NCBI GenBank assembly: GCA_963804845.1 | Contig: CAWDSA010000002.1 | Coordinates: 318,533-382,532, forward strand | Direction of reading: 5' to 3' | From: an uncultured Actinomycetota bacterium | GTDB taxonomy: Bacteria; Actinomycetota; Actinomycetes; Propionibacteriales; Nocardioidaceae | Length of the DNA stretch: 64,000 nucleotides | Shown: positions 62,392 through 64,000 of the stretch, piece by piece | Layout: each line of letters opens with the position of its first letter | Position numbering within the stretch: the first letter of the stretch is position 1 | The notes under the pieces: generated by a model | Told to the model about the DNA's origin: nothing | Databases searched by the model: none | What the model saw: the letters and a program-made list of their open reading frames with translations, nothing else | Program-made: the position numbers and the translations under genes

Positions 62392-64000
62392 GACAGCACC
62401 TCCCGGGTCCGGCGCAGGAAGTCCAGCGCGTCCATCCCGGCGTAGCACCGGTCGTCCTCACCCAGGCTCTCGCCCTGACCCGCGACGACGACGTGGCGCG
62501 CGCCCGCATCACGCAGCGCCGTGACCAGGTCGGCTCCCCACTCGGCGTACAGCGGGTCCGGGCCGGCGAGGCAGACGACCGGCTGGCCGTCGTAGGCCGC
62601 GAGCACCGACTCGACCCCGTCGGTCGGTCCGGCCAGCGTGACCGAGACCCCGCCGGCTGCCAGGAGGTTGGCCGCGAACCCCGCCCGGGCGTTGTGGGCG
62701 GAGACGGAACCCATGGTGGCGAGGAAGACCGGCGAGGTGGCCGGGTGGTCGCGCAGCTCCTCGAACGCGGCACCCCAGCGGCGTACGTCGTCGGCCGCGC
62801 CGGATCGCTCGGGCAGCGACTCGGCCAGGTTCGGGAACTCGGTGAGGCCGGTCAGCGGACGCAGCCGTCGTGCCACGGCCTGGTCGCGGGCGGCAACGGT
62901 CTCGGCGACCCGCTGCTCGAACGCCTCCGCGCCCTCGGACTCGATCCGCCCGAGCTCCTCCCACGCCGCCAGGGCGAGGTCGTCGGTGAGCTTCTCGACG
63001 GCGTAGGACCCGCCGGCCGGGTCGGCGACCCGGCCGAGGTGTGCCTCCGAGAGCAGCAGCGGCGAGGTGTTGCGTGCGATCCGGCGCCCGAAGGCGTCGG
63101 GCTCGCCGAGCGGGCTGTCGAACGGCACCACGGTGACCGAGTCGGCCCCGCCGATGCCCGCGCCGAACGCCGCGACCGTGGTGCGGAGCATGTTCACCCA
63201 CGGGTCGTACTTGCTCATCATCGGCCGGCTGGTGACGGCGTGGAGCCGCATCGGCACTCCCGCGTCGGCACCGCTCAGGTCGAGCATCCGCGCCCACAGC
63301 CGGCGCGCCGCGCGGAACTTCGCGATCGTCGGGAACTGCTCGTCGGTCGCGGCCAGCCGGAACTCCAGCAGCCCGGCGGCCTCGGCCACGGTGAAGCCGG
63401 CGCCGGTCAGCGTCCGGAGGTACGACGCAGCGAGGGCGAGCACGTGACCCAGCTCCTGGACGTCGGACGCACCCCGGTCGTGCACGACGGTCCCGTCGAC
63501 CACGGCCGCGAGCACGCCGGCGTCGCGGGCCAGCTCGGCGATCTCGACGACGTGTTCCCCGGTGGGGTCTGCGCCGAGGTTGGTGCCGTCCGCGGGATCG
63601 ACGTAGGTCAGCAGGTCGAGGAAGGCCTTGGCCGTGTCGGGAGTGGTGCCGTCGAGCACCACCGGGGCGAGGTCGAGCAGCACGCCGTCGAGCAGCTTCG
63701 GCAGGTCGGCGTCGGCGTCGACCCACAGCGAGGTCGCGCCGGTGTCGAGGTCGGCCAGCGCCTGGTCGCGGTCCGCGGGACGGGTGCGGACGTCCCATCC
63801 GCCGGCGCGGGTCGGCCGACCGGCAGTCGTCAGGCCGTCCAGGAGCTCGGGGGTGCCGAGCGGCGTGATCGACAGCCCGTCGAGCGTCGTCCGCGCGAGC
63901 GTGTGCCAGACCAGGTCGTCGGGGTCGTCCTCACCCAGCCGACCGGCCTTGCGGAGCACGGCTGCGGCCGCCGCCTCCCATGCGGCTCGGTCGTGGTCGT
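62388..64000 (-). CDS. mutA: methylmalonyl-CoA mutase small subunit (5' end beyond the window)
   Basis: The frame of track ORF 62388..63959 stays open to the window end (...[19 protein letters not shown]). Colinear with MutA-type proteins, which lack the B12 His motif. Confidence 0.85.
   Translation of the reverse strand, partial: DHDRAAWEAAAAAVLRKAGRLGEDDPDDLVWHTLARTTLDGLSITPLGTPELLDGLTTAGRPTRAGGWDVRTRPADRDQALADLDTGATSLWVDADADLPKLLDGVLLDLAPVVLDGTTPDTAKAFLDLLTYVDPADGTNLGADPTGEHVVEIAELARDAGVLAAVVDGTVVHDRGASDVQELGHVLALAASYLRTLTGAGFTVAEAAGLLEFRLAATDEQFPTIAKFRAARRLWARMLDLSGADAGVPMRLHAVTSRPMMSKYDPWVNMLRTTVAAFGAGIGGADSVTVVPFDSPLGEPDAFGRRIARNTSPLLLSEAHLGRVADPAGGSYAVEKLTDDLALAAWEELGRIESEGAEAFEQRVAETVAARDQAVARRLRPLTGLTEFPNLAESLPERSGAADDVRRWGAAFEELRDHPATSPVFLATMGSVSAHNARAGFAANLLAAGGVSVTLAGPTDGVESVLAAYDGQPVVCLAGPDPLYAEWGADLVTALRDAGARHVVVAGQGESLGEDDRCYAGMDALDFLRRTREVLS

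Noticed and set aside
60869-62773. ORFs 60869..62773 (-, alternative frame) and 60979..62445 (+)
   Set aside because: They are alternative-frame or antisense readings of the methylmalonyl-CoA mutase large subunit, which is unambiguous in frame 60244..62391.

Overview
High-GC (about 70%) actinobacterial chromosome segment; the gene content looks Nocardioides-like, which is inference only. The backbone is ordinary. It holds an SNF2 helicase, an ECF41 sigma factor with its carboxymuconolactone-decarboxylase partner, two ABC exporter pairs with a YozG-like HTH and a DUF2975 protein, and tandem SpoIID/LytB genes. It also holds a two-gene flavoprotein/Lpd pair, a large nucleoside-catabolism cluster (punA, phospho-sugar mutase, deoC, two ALDH genes, add, deoA, cdd, BMP-type ABC importer) and mutA-mutB-meaB. 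Three things stand out. (1) A roughly 9 kb lower-GC island (about 7.97-17.1 kb) has no mobility gene and consists only of frameshift-riddled defence-type genes. One part is a Vsr / GHKL-ATPase-nuclease / C5-methyltransferase module. The other is an unfamiliar operon: a thymidine-phosphorylase-fold protein, a Ser/Thr-kinase fused to a P-loop NTPase, and a Rossmann (Csa3/CARF-like) protein. This operon is the best candidate for an undescribed system, although here it is decayed. (2) A three-gene cassette (41.3-44.1 kb) looks like a type VII-style secreted toxin: a small helical EspC-like protein, a WXG-motif protein with a papain-like C-terminal domain, and a lipoprotein. (3) Apparent frameshifts are very frequent. 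Some loci carry 4-7 each and are probably real pseudogenes. Several housekeeping genes (lpd, cdd, deoC, meaB, tartrate dehydrogenase, an ABC permease) carry exactly one, often at a G/C homopolymer, which looks like assembly indel error. Every pseudogene call therefore depends on read-level verification. No rRNA, tRNA, CRISPR array, integrase or transposase was recognised. Many long ORFs in the track are high-GC shadow ORFs antisense to or out of frame with real genes.
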